DNA of 57,036 bases, taken from contig MQRK01218689.1 of NCBI GenBank assembly GCA_001938485.1, forward strand, positions 9,258 to 66,293, written 5' to 3'. The notes beneath the pieces are model-generated. The model made no database searches, was not told where the DNA came from, and was given only the letters and a program-made list of their open reading frames with translations. The translations under genes were made by a program, and so were the position numbers. Within the stretch, counting starts at the first letter, position 1. Every line of letters begins with the position of its first letter. This document shows, piece by piece, positions 36,531 to 48,762 of this stretch. The stretch is from Girardia tigrina. Its lineage: Eukaryota.

Positions 36531-38312
36531 CAAATTTAGATCGAAATTTAAATGTTACATTTAAATATGGAAATAAAGAAATAAATCTCAAAGTGTACAA
36601 CAGCGACTGCGTTGTTCAAATGAAGAAGAAGATTTGTTCTCAATTACCAAATGCAAAATATAATGATTATAAAATAATGAGACTGAAATATAATGGAAAT
36701 ATTCTCGATGATAATCAATATTTGCTGCCGTACATCACTGACAGAAATACCCCTGTTCATTGTGAGATCGATCCTTCGATCAATGATCAGTTATATTATT
36801 ATCATTGATTATATTATTTATATTTATTATTTATAGTGACATCGTTATTATTAAAGTGGAAAGTGTTAATGTTCCAAAGTTATTACAACTGCAAAAGCAA
36901 AACACAATCGGAGATTTAAAAATAATTATTTCTCGATTTATAAATCTTTCAGAATGTTTTATCGTCAAAAAAGAGAAAGAATTAATAAATATTAATCAAA
37001 CATTAAAATTATTGAAAGACGAATTAACAATTGCAGATTATCAATTTAAAGATAAAGATTGTGTAAAAGTGATACAAAAGTAATTTTATATTTATTGCTA
37101 TATTTTTATTAATTATTTTAATATTTCAGACGAAATGGTAAATTGTACATCAGATCAATATTTCAAGATGGCGATCAATTAGTTATTGAATATACAAATT
37201 TAGATCTTGTTTCTACAATCATTCATAAAGCAGCAAATAAAGTTGCATCTGATTCGAACTATTTTGTTTTGTTTCTTGAGAATGAATATTTAGATGAAAA
37301 TAAATACATTTTTGAGTATAATATCGATGAGGAATCACCGATCAAATTTTATTGTTTGATGAGAATAAGTGAATCAAAACCTCATTTCAGACTGATCGGT
37401 GATCCGATTGACGAGGGAAGTGGTTCTCAGACTTATAAAGGACAACAAATATCGCCTAACAAAGATATAACAGTTATAAAATTTAATTTCAGTCTTGTTG
37501 GTGAACAAATAAAAAAAGATAAAATGTTTCTTAGTGGAATCGCAGAATATCAAATAACGAAATTGTGCAACAGATTTGTTCAATTTATAAATATGTACGA
37601 TGACGGAACATCACTATATGTCACAATGGATTATATGGCAAATGTATTCTTTGCTTGATATACAATGCTTCACAAATATCTTTCAGGGAACATTGACAAC
37701 CCTCTTGGACAGCGGCACGGATATAACGGAGGAAAAGATCGTCAAATGGTCGAAACAAATTCTTGAATGTCTCAAATATCAACAGGATCATAATATTTTT
37801 TATACTGAAATTAAATGTATAATTTCTTCAGATAGAAATACTTATATTATAAAATTCCTTTAGCAAATGTGATTTTGGCTGACGAAAATGAAGATTTGAA
37901 GCTGCGTAGCTTTAAAATACCGGGATTTGTTTCGAATTATAAAAGGAAATACGGAGATGATCTTAGTAAAGTCGCATTTGTATCACCAGAGAAGGAGAAT
38001 GAGAAAGAAGAAGGAAATGAAAGATCGATTGTTTGGTCTTTCGGGGTTTTACTACTTGATATTGTCAACAGTAATTGTTTATACATAAGTATTTTAATAA
38101 GCGAATAAAATCAATTTTACTCAGAAAAAGATTCTTTATTTATGATGGAAGAAGTGAAGAAAGTGGTAAAAGAAGGAATAATTACAGATAAATTACCGCC
38201 GTGGATATCGAATAATTTGAAAAATTTTATCGATTGTTGTTTGAAGATTGATCCAGATCAAAGATCAACAATCACTCAATTAACTGATCATATATTTTTA
38301 CAAGAGTCATAA
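36531..38312 (+). CDS. Three ubiquitin-like domains fused to a Ser/Thr kinase-fold pseudokinase (5' end not located)
   Basis: Exons 36531-36789, 36837-37079, 37130-37643, 37687-37816, 37864-38070, 38125-38312 join in frame across GT-AG introns of 47, 50, 43, 47 and 54 nt. Kinase motifs EGSGSQTY, TVIK, YVTMDYMANGTL, FVSPE, VWSFGVLL, CLKIDPDQR. AATAAA at ~38407. Confidence 0.82.
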
Positions 38313-39791
38313 CTGTTATAAAAAGCACATGAGAGAAATTCATAAAAATATTTTTGTTTGTTTTCAATTATTAATTTCAAAACATATCCTTTGACTACTT
38401 TTCATGAATAAATTTTTTTAATTAAAATTATAATATGAATACAAATTTTAATTTATAATTATAACTTTTAATTTACTGTAGTGTACCCACTATTTCAGAC
38501 ACCATAGTGACGCATATTGGTGTGCATGTCTGCTGGTGTCGCGCGTGTTCTTTTGTTTTTCTCGTGTGATTTGGGATTTTAGAGAGTTTTGTACCTATAT
38601 ACATACATGCGTCATGTATTTTTTTTGCTGTTCATTTCTCAATATTTCGTGAAAATTTTATTTTTTTTGATGAACATTTTTTTTGTAAATAACTATGGCA
38701 ATACTGATACACGAGTTATAAATTTTTTTGTAAAAATATGTTTCCTTATTAAGTAGCGATGCGATCGATTTTTTAATCATGACTTACGAAGCGTTTCATT
38801 CGATAATAATAAATAACAATCGATGAAATACAAAAGAATGAAAAATAAAGTTACGAAATAAACATCATCTTCAATATTGGGTTAGAGATAAGAAGATCAA
38901 GATTCATGTATTTTTAGTTAATATTTAATATTTTCAGTTTGCATAAACCAGATTTTAAAATTTTAAATATAAATATAAATATCGATATAAGTAATTTTTA
39001 CTTTGGAAAGTTTTGTATAAATTAAATTTATTTTTTTTACAATTTTTATTTAACTTAAATATGATTTTTAAACTTTTAATTATTTTTTTTAATTATTTTT
39101 TTAAACTTTTTGTTATCAAGAACACCAATTTGACTTTTAATATTTTTATTAACATAACAAGTTTAATTGTCCTCAAGACAATCTTTGTCAAAGCTGTCGT
39201 ATGATTACATTCTAACTAATTGATTAATAACCTTAATATAATTATCTGAGGAAATGGAAAATTAAATAAATTGTTAAAATATTTATTCTAAATTTTATTG
39301 CGTAAAATTTAAATGATTATTAATTATTTGAAAAATATTAATTAAATTTATTTATTTAAAAATAGTAAATAAAATTAATTAACTTATTAAAAAATTTACA
39401 ATTATTTTAAATTAGAAATAAATTTAAACATTACATATTTTCAGATAATTAGAATTAAAATATTAATCATCCATCTTGGTAGGAGAGACACAATTTCGAA
39501 TTAACACACAACATTCAAACACAAAATATCAAACATTTAAAATTTTCATCATAATAATGAAATAAATATATTACGAAAAGTAGATTTTCAGATTATGTGA
39601 AAATAAGATTTTCAAAACATAGCTTGAAAAATAGATTTATATAACAATAAATTTTAATGTAGATATCTAAGAGATTAACTCAAAATCCATAAACAGATTT
39701 ATTAATAAAGTAAATTTTTAATTTTATATAAAATGTCATATTTAAAATTTGTAATGAAAATATATTAAAAAATTATTTTGTAACTTTTATC

Positions 39792-41420
39792 GGATCAAGT
39801 AAATAAAATGATCCTTGGATAATTTTATTTACTAGTGTAATTTGGAAGATAATTTATTTACTTGTGTAATTTCCGATGTTAAGAGAACTCACACATTTGA
39901 CAGAACATTTATTACATTCACATTTCTTATCATCTTTATGATGATCAACAGTAAGGCTTTCACTTAGATCCATCAATCAATTTTCAATATCTCTCATTAT
40001 AATCTGAACTATATTTGGTAAGACCACTTTATTTAAAAATATTTAATTTAAATTTTATTGGCTGAAATAAAATATTTCTATAGTCATTTTTAAACATCAA
40101 TTTTATTTTAATTATTTAAAAATTTACAAAAATAAAATCATTAAAATTATTTAAAAGTTGCAATAATAAAAATTAAAAATTTGAATATCAAATCTAAATT
40201 TAAATAAATTAGTTTCAGATTATAAAAAATTAAATATTGATCATCCATCTGGTTAGGAGAGGCACAATCCAAAATCAACATAAATAATTTAAAACATGCA
40301 AAAACTACACAAAAACATCCACACACCAAATATTCCTCACATCCGATATTAAATTGTTTTTTATCTTTATATTTGGAAAGAGTTTTATTAAAAATGATTA
40401 CCGATTATGAATTAATCGTGAAGCCATTGATCAGTGGTTCAAATATGGATCTCATTATATTTTTTCAAAACCAAAGTGTTTTGAAATCATCAATGGTTTG
40501 TGCAACATATTTAACTGTCTTTGTCAACAGATTCAATGTTTCAGATAATACACATGAAGATTTCTAAACAAACACTGTGTTAAATACAAATTTTATATAC
40601 CTATAAGAAACTGCAGTTTTTTAGAAAATTATAAAATTTCGTTAACAAATTGGTTGAAAATTATTTTTGATGGTCAAAAGAAAAAACAAATCAAAAATTT
40701 TATGAAAAACCTATCAATATCTAAGCCAACAATTGTTAATATTTTTAAAATGTTCTGGAAATTATGTATAAAAAATCTTATTAAAAACCTTATTATGTTA
40801 AGTGGTAATGGAGGGATGTGTCAAAATGACGAATTTTTATTTTGTCACAAGCCAAAATATCACAGAAGTAGACCAAGTAAAAATCAGACACGGGTACTTT
40901 GAATCGTTGACCCTAGTTTCGTTCCTGCTCGGGGATTTTTGAAAATAGTTAACAATAGATCCGTTTCAACGTTATTGAAAATTATTAAAGAGGCTTGTCA
41001 AGCAAATACAATTATAAGATGCGACCAATGGCGAGTATATCGAGATGTCAAGAATGGATTTTCAAAATGATACAGTAAAGCATTTTGTAAGCTTCGTGGA
41101 GCCTAAAACAGGTGTTCATACTCAAAATACTGAGTCATATTGGGCCAAGATGAAAGCTAGAAGAAAATTCATGAAAGGATCAATTAGAAAGTTATCTTAA
41201 TTAATACATAAGGAAAGATAACTTTCCGGTTGATCCTTTTAAAAAAAATTTAGATTTAATAAAATATAACAAATAATTTTGTCATTCTATTTAATTTTAC
41301 TCAGTATTTATTTTCATATATTTTGAGTTTATTTGAAAGATTAATTTATTTACTTGTGTAATTTGAAGGATTTATTTATTTACTTCTGTGAATTTGAGGA
41401 TATTTTTATTTACTTGATCC
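39792..41420 (+). mobile_element. Merlin (IS1595/ISXO2-like) DNA transposon, decayed
   Basis: TIR ggatcaagtaaataaaa / ttttatttacttgatcc; imperfect 8-bp TSD cttttatc/cttttaat; CQNDE...KPKYHR, TIIRCDQWRVY, FVEPKTGVHTQNTESYW. Confidence 0.88.
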
Positions 41421-42189
41421 CTTTTAATTAAGTATATAACAATTATCATATGAATTCATCAATTTGAAAATTAATATATAGTTGTTTTGAGACAAAATGA
41501 AAATATAACTATCATTAAAAAATGTTAAAATCAAAATAAATGAAAATATATTTTTTATTTTTTGAAATGTAATTTTATTGAAATACAAATATAAGTTACA
41601 ATGCTAATTGAAAAGGTTATTGTGTTAAAATAAAAATGTAAAATAACATGGAAGTTTAGTTAAATATGAAATAAAATCTTGGGACAAACTTTTAATAAAA
41701 GACCTTTATAATTATAAAGACGATTATAAACTAAAATTTGTAATTAATAAAATAACAATATCAGAATTTATATTTACTTTTATTTATAATGGTTTGTGAG
41801 AAGTAGTTGTAACGTCAATATCAGAAATCCTTTTATTGTAAAACCTCTCTATAAGGAATTATTTAGGAACTGCAATTATCAAGGATTACAAGAATTTTTC
41901 TGTTTTTTTTAGAATAAGTTTTTGATTTAGTATATCAAAATAACGCTTTAATATGATTTTTGTCATCCATGCTGACGAGTTATAATCATAAAGTAATCTT
42001 TATAGAGAATTACATTTCACATAGAGACTACTTTATAGAGAGTTTTTACTGTAACTCAATTTATATTTATATTAATAAAAGTTATTCAAAAAATATCAAC
42101 TGTTTCCCAAATTTGTACTCAAGTCGACGATCTCTATTTTCTTATAATTTAAAATTTATTTTAAATCATAACAAAAATTATGCAAATGA

Positions 42190-42450
42190 CAAACAATGGT
42201 GCTTTGAGAATGGCCGAGCTTCTTGTACTACCTACAGGTGCTATAACAGGGCTGCTGCTGTACCAGGACACAAAACTTTTCTTTGTTCACCACTGATGGT
42301 CGACAAAAGTCGATTAAAGCGACGAAATCACCACTGAGCTGTATTTTCTTTGAGCACATCATTGCCTTCCACGTTGCAGATTTCTCGAGTAACAGCTGCT
42401 GCTTTTAGGGCTTTTTTCCAATAATGTCGTAATAAGACACGGATTAATGT
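42190..42450 (-). mobile_element. mariner N-terminal HTH fragment
   Basis: LIRVLLRHYWKKALKAAAVTREICNVEG...NTAQW*FRRF. Confidence 0.7.
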
Positions 42451-43341
42451 AGCGAATAAATTAAAAATAGTAAAATATAGTTTAAATATTTAATTTTTAA
42501 AATATAGTTCGATTTATCTTTTTATGGACTTTAAAATGATACCAAATGTCGCAAATGAATGCTAGATTTAAATGATTTGGTAAAACAAAAACTTTAATTC
42601 ACAAAAAACATGAATAACTTTTGAATCAACCTGGTATGTGCAATCCACGAGGAAAGTCAAATAACAAATGAATTTAGTTTAGTTGTCTTAATAAATGAGA
42701 AGGACTTAAACTGCTAGGCATAGTTGGTTTACTTTCTTTTTCTTTATTATGGTCTAAGCATTTATTACACAACTCAAAAGGAATAACCAGACGAACGTTG
42801 CCGATTCACGGAGCATCGAAATAAATGTATTGATTTTCTCTAATTTCAACGAGTCATTTTTGCTTTCTTGTTTGTCTTTCAAATCTAAAAAAAGTTTACG
42901 ATAGGATTACGAACTTATACTAGTTATAGGGATATCGGAGCACAAATGAGCTACATCATTTATGCCGTTCATTACTGAATGTCGACATTGAATTGTGTCA
43001 AAAATGAAGTTTGGTTCACTTTCCTTGGTCTTGGATCTTTCAATACCAAAACTTGAACAGAAAATACAAGACTTTATGTTCATCAACATTCTTTAATTGC
43101 ATGAACAACATTAAAAATTGAGTGAAACAAATATTTGTAGTGTAATAAATTTAGATGAAAATCGATCATAACAAATAATTCTTATGTGTTTTCAATGATC
43201 AATTTTAAGTGTTTCAAGATTTATATTCATTTTAACATTTGCTTGTATCACCATCAAAGTGTTTAAGGTTGAATGATTCTTTTTTATTTTTTTTGTGATA
43301 TCAATTGATTATTTTATTAATATAAATATTTATGAAAGTTT

Positions 43342-43991
43342 ATGGAAATAATTCAGTTGATAATTTTGCTCTTTTCCTGTTTTATTTGCCATTGTGAAAC
43401 GCCCGCCTCAATTTGTGGGGACCCAAGATTTCCATACAAAACGCCGGATAATTATTGTGCTAATTTTAGCGAAATTTGCTTTAAGAAAGGTTTGTAAGTT
43501 TCTTTTATTAAGTTTAAATGTTCATAAAAAATTCGTTTTAATAGATTTGTTAAAAGTTTTTTAATTATTGTTTATACAGATGATCCGACCTGTAATAATT
43601 TTCAAAATATCTGTAAACGTAAGTTAAATTAGGCTTTATTCATATAATAACTATAATGCTTACAGATTGTCCCCCCAGTAATTACAGTACAATAAGTAAT
43701 CAAATTATACTTATAATTAAATTATATTATTGTAACAAAAATCAGTGTTTAATGACCTGCAGAATCTTAAAAGTAAGATTAATTTTATTATTTCATAAAC
43801 TGTTTATCAATATAAATAAATAATTAATTATTTTTAGTAGAACTTTAATAAGTAACTTTTAAATAACATTTATTTGATAAATTATTATTTTTCAGTCACA
43901 ATTTTAAGTATTTATATCTCTTACTATGTTAACCAAACAACTAATCAAACATTGATTGTTACTAACGTTAGTTTCCGTCGTCTTATTTTAA
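43342..43991 (+). CDS. Putative micro-exon gene for a small Cys-rich secreted or membrane-anchored protein
   Basis: Exons 43342-43489, 43580-43618, 43666-43695, 43746-43772, 43896-43907, 43972-43991, all phase-1 GT-AG junctions. Translation MEIIQLIILLFSCFICHCETPASICGDPRFPYKTPDNYCANFSEICFKKDDPTCNNFQNICKHCPPSNYSTIMFNDLQNLKITILISVVLF*. Confidence 0.6.
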
Positions 43992-44049
43992 TGAAGTGTG
44001 TAATTACTATTAATGAATAAGTATAATCATACCAAAAATTTTTTTAGTG

Positions 44050-44393
44050 TACAAGCTTTTATAATTTATCATATTTTTGCGGTTCTGTATCTAATTCACC
44101 CACTATTATCAAAGCCTACTTGGCGAAAACCCGCTATCTATTTGCATTTAGATGTAGCAAATTTCAAAGCCTACTACTGAGGAAAATATGAGAACGACAC
44201 TTTAATTACTTTTTGCGGCCAAACTAAAGGCGGTAGATTAGCAGTGACAGTGAAAAAGTGTATTGTCACCTAGAATACATCAGTCCTGAAAGTTTTATGT
44301 CGCTAGGTGAACGAGAAGCGGGTGAATTTTCGACCGCAAGATTTGATACATCAGACAGACAAACAAACAAATGAAATGTAATAAAAGCTTGTA
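44050..44393. mobile_element. Non-autonomous element with short inverted ends (tacaagcttttat) and (acag/acaa)n microsatellite; second copy 47153-47512
   Basis: Two related copies with an internal caaagcctact repeat. DINE/HINE-like or MITE; family uncertain. Confidence 0.7.
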
Positions 44394-44481
44394 AAAATAG
44401 AATTTATGATATAAAAACGTTTTACAGATATTTTGATTCTTTTCATAGTTTAATTAGTTTTTATTAAATTGATTTCGTAAT

Positions 44482-44720
44482 TCAAATTTTTTTGGCAAAC
44501 AATTGGCAATGAAGACGCTTTTTAAGGTAGTTAAACAGAAAAAAAATGGAGATAGCTAAATCGGGGCTGTATAATGGGTGGTGGAGCAAGTTGAGCCCGC
44601 AACTTTCAATTGTGACCATTGAAACGCTGCTGATGTTGATAAGAGCAATGTCGAGTAAAAAAATAGATATCACAGTTGCTGCTCTTTTATCATGCTTTCC
44701 TTGCTTGCTGCAAGATGTTG
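44482..44720 (-). mobile_element. mariner catalytic-domain fragment
   Basis: CGLNLLHHPLYSPDLAISIFFLFNYLKKRL. Confidence 0.75.
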
Positions 44721-45364
44721 GAGTAGTAAGAACTATTGATCTTCACGCTGGATTGAGCAAAGTCAGTCACGTATATATTTTTACATTAAAGTAGGGAGAA
44801 CCAATAGTTCTTTCTGATGTTTTCAACAAATTAAAACGATTTTTAAACAAATAAAAAACTATCAGGTTTTAAAGTAAAGACGATTTAAATCAAAGGCTTG
44901 AATACATGCATCAGCAAGTTTAATTATACCACTGCAATATAATTCTTTGTTTTAGAGTTCAATGGTAACAAGATGTTTCATCTTTCATTGGGTTTGTCTG
45001 GTGATGTGTACTTTTGCGTTGTCTTCATGCAAAAAAGAGTTTACTTTTGATTGGTCAATGTGGTGTATTTTTTGTCAAGCGTTGCAGGCATCAAATCAAG
45101 TTTGATGAAATATAGGTCATTTTCGAGATTTAAAATATTTTTAAGTGACTCAACGTGAATTTCGCTTTCAAAATCAAACACACAAAAGTACCTTCCATTG
45201 AGATCGATCTCGTTTTGAAACCATTTTAACGATTTTATTGATAAAAACTTATTAATTTTTGTACAAAAAATCTTTGTTGTTTGTGAACTCGACTGTTCTA
45301 AATTTTAGTTGTTTTAGTTTTTGTTGCGTAGCAACAGGAAAAAATTGTTGTTAATTGATAAATA

Positions 45365-45760
45365 ATGGTAAAACTTGAGAAAAAACATTTTAAAAATTTT
45401 TTTTTCAAAAATCTCTGCAAACGATTCCAAGAACACAGTCGAACTTATGGTAATAGTAATATTGCTGATCATAGAAAGAAATGTAAAAGTAGTTTTGAGA
45501 TAAATAATTTTAAAGTTCTGTGTTCAAATTTTGCAAATTATTGGGAGAGAGTTGCGGGTGAGGCTTTATTAATCAGGACCCACAATCCTTAAATAAATTT
45601 TCAAGCGACAATCTCAACCAATTTATTAAAGTTATTTAATTAAATAGCAATTACTTTATTTGATTACATAATAATTGCTTCCATATATATACGTTATTTT
45701 GATCATTATTGGTTTTGTCTGACGATGATGGGTGATCCGTCGAAATTGATAAATGTTTTA
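45365..45760 (+). mobile_element. PLE 3' fragment (GIY-YIG C-terminus) with hammerhead core
   Basis: RFQEH...SNIADH...NFKVL...EALLIRTHNP*IN; ctgacga-t-gatgg-gtgat-ccgtc-gaaa at 45719-45745. Confidence 0.75.
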
Positions 45761-45964
45761 AAAATATCTGACTACAATTGCCTCCAATGGAGGAGCGAAT
45801 CCTTATGAGTCTGGTTGCATTTCAACCCTTTCTGAACATCAATTCTTTCAGTAAATAAACCAAATATGTCTACTTAAATATAGATGACTTTGGTACAGTT
45901 TTTGGGAATTCTAAATAAACTCTATTAAGTTTGTAATAACAAAATGTTTTTTAATTTAAAAATA

Positions 45965-46068
45965 TTAGGTGTACAACTAATTAATTTCGTATTTGTTATC
46001 ACTTTTATACTTAAATAAATGGTTTTTTTAACAAAAAAAAATACGAAATTAATTAGTTGTACACCCAA
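45965..46068. mobile_element. 104-bp mariner-derived MITE
   Basis: About 30-bp TIRs ttaggtgtacaactaattaatttcgtattt, TA on both sides. Confidence 0.85.
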
Positions 46069-48762
46069 TAATTATTATTTAGTAATAAGAAAAGAATATA
46101 TCGAATTAAAGTAAAGTTATAAGTTTGAAATAAAATAAATGTTATTTTTAAATTTTAAAGTAATTTGATAATAAAAATATGGAAAATAAACAAAATTAAA
46201 TATCGATTTTGAAAATTAAAATAAATGTCAGTGAAACGAGTACTAAAAATAAATCTGAAAATTCGTTTGTAATAAAAATTATTAATTTAAAATTATTAAT
46301 TTGTAAATATTGTGCTAATTTAAATGAATTTAACTTCGAATATCGAAAATGATTTCAACGCAACTAACATTATTTTTTTGGAGAATGACTTTAAGTATTA
46401 TTTACTCAGATTAGAGAAACAAGAATATAACTGTAAAAAAGTATAAATCTAAAGGAGATTATTGAGAGAAATAAATATTAATTTGAAGTAAAAATTGCCG
46501 TCTCATTGTGAAATAGGAAACTCTTCAGATAACAATAGCTTGAATCCTGCTACCCACTATACTTACATTTGGTCTGCATTCTCCAAAAATGAGATTCATA
46601 AAATATTATTTGTGAGAATATTTTTTATTTCTTCTAACATGCATAAAATTTTAGTTTTATCATGATTTGAGTATGCAATCTTTATTTATTTGTTCTTGAA
46701 CAATTTGTATCTTAAAAGTTTAAATATTTATCATTTATATTCTAGATCAAATGAACGTGGTTATGTCAAACGTTAAAAAATTTGAACAAATGATGAACAA
46801 TATAAGTAAAAGTCAAATTTGATCAATATTTCTTAATTGTTTTAAAATAATGACCAACTTAATACATATCATTAAGCCAGTGACATTTTCTTCTGAAATC
46901 TCTTTTACTAGCAGAATTGTCTTCTTGCTTCGTATTTACAAATCTGTGTAAATTCCCATTAATTACAGTCAACGAAAGCTATCATCAATTTAGATTATTA
47001 CCTAAATTAAGATTAAACCTAAAATTTTTATATCTGTGGGAAGTTTATTGCACTTTTTTAAAATTCAATCAATATATTAATTATATAAATAATTAAAAAT
47101 TTTAAAATGGTAATATGATTATCTAATAATCTTACCAAAAAAATTTTGGTTTAAAAGCTTTTATAATTTGTCCCATGTTTGCGGTTCTGTATCTATTTCA
47201 CCCACTTCCCACATTTTGTGACTGAATTATCAAAGCCTACTAGGCGAAAACCCGCTTTCTATTTACATTTAGATGTAGCAAATTTCAAAGCCTACTACTG
47301 AGGAAAACATNNNNNNNNNNNNNNNNNNNNNNNNNNNNNNNNNNNNNNNNNNNNNNNNNNNNNNNNNNNNNNNNNNNNNNNNNNNNNNNNNNNNNNNNNN
47401 NNNNNNNNNNNNNNNNNNNNNNNNNNNNNNNAACGGGAAGTGGTTGAATTTTCGATCGCAAGATTTGATGCATCCAGACAGACAAACAAATGAAACGTAA
47501 TAAAAGCTTGTAAAAATTGGCTAATCTTTATTAAGGTGTGGTAACTTTATTCTTTTCAAAATGTTATTTGTAGTAAACATTGTAAAATAAAACACACATT
47601 TTAAATTTTTATTATGAAAACGCCAAAAAGTTCTTATCTAAAATAAATCCATGTGACGGAACATCAGACACCCATACATCAAAGAAGAATTTTTAATTTG
47701 TAAATATTGAGTTAAATAAAAATGAATATTGAAAAATTGAATTCTTTACATCAGCTATTGAAGTAAATTTAAAATTCATTATTTGAAACTGTCGCAATTA
47801 TTTTTTATTCAATTTAAAACATATTCTACATTCAAAAGATTTATTTAATGTCCAGTTTTCCAAAATATTTTCTCACACAATCAATCTAACAAACAAAAAT
47901 ACAATTTTTTACTATATATCGATTTTTTTTTAAATTAACATAAAATTTTTTCAATGAATCAAATAAGTTTTATTGATCTTTATTTGTCAGTTTGATAGTC
48001 CAAATGAGGAATGTTTTGAATTGTGTGTTGATTCGGATTGTGCCTCTCCTACCCAGATGTATGATTGGTATTTTCTTTGATTCCTACTAATTAAAAATAA
48101 TTTAATTTAATTTTAAAGTAAAAAGATTTAAAATAATTTTTGCATGTAATATTTAATTTTTAATGTAATTTAAAATTTGTATATATTAATTTAATATGTA
48201 CATTTTTTTTAAATGTTTAGATTTAATTTTAACCAATTAGATTCTTTATAATTAATAATTTTTATTAAAAGATTTTTATTTATTGAAAATAATTAGTACG
48301 AATTCAGAAATATATTGATCAAGGAAAATGTCAAATAGTGAAGGAGTTTGTGATAATAATAAATGTTTAAATACTCATATTGATGTCGTTAATAGTCCAG
48401 ATTCGTCACAATTTTTGGTTAATCAATTTGACTCGACCAGATATAAATAATAAAAGATATAATAATAAAACTAAAGCACAGAATTTTTAAAAATTTTCAA
48501 AGTATATCATAAGTAAGGATTCATTACTTAGTTTTGATAAATATAAAAAAGAATGATCGTTCTGTTTCTCAAACTTAAATTTGTTGTAAATCAATCAACT
48601 TTACTTATTTATTTCAGAATAATATTTTAAATGTTCTAACGCTCACTAAATAATGAAAAATAATTCGTAAAAGATTATTTTTTAAAGATTTGTAAAGCAA
48701 ATTTTAAATTTTTTATGCAACAACTTTAGCTTGATGAAAGTAAAATATTCAACCTTTTAGGT

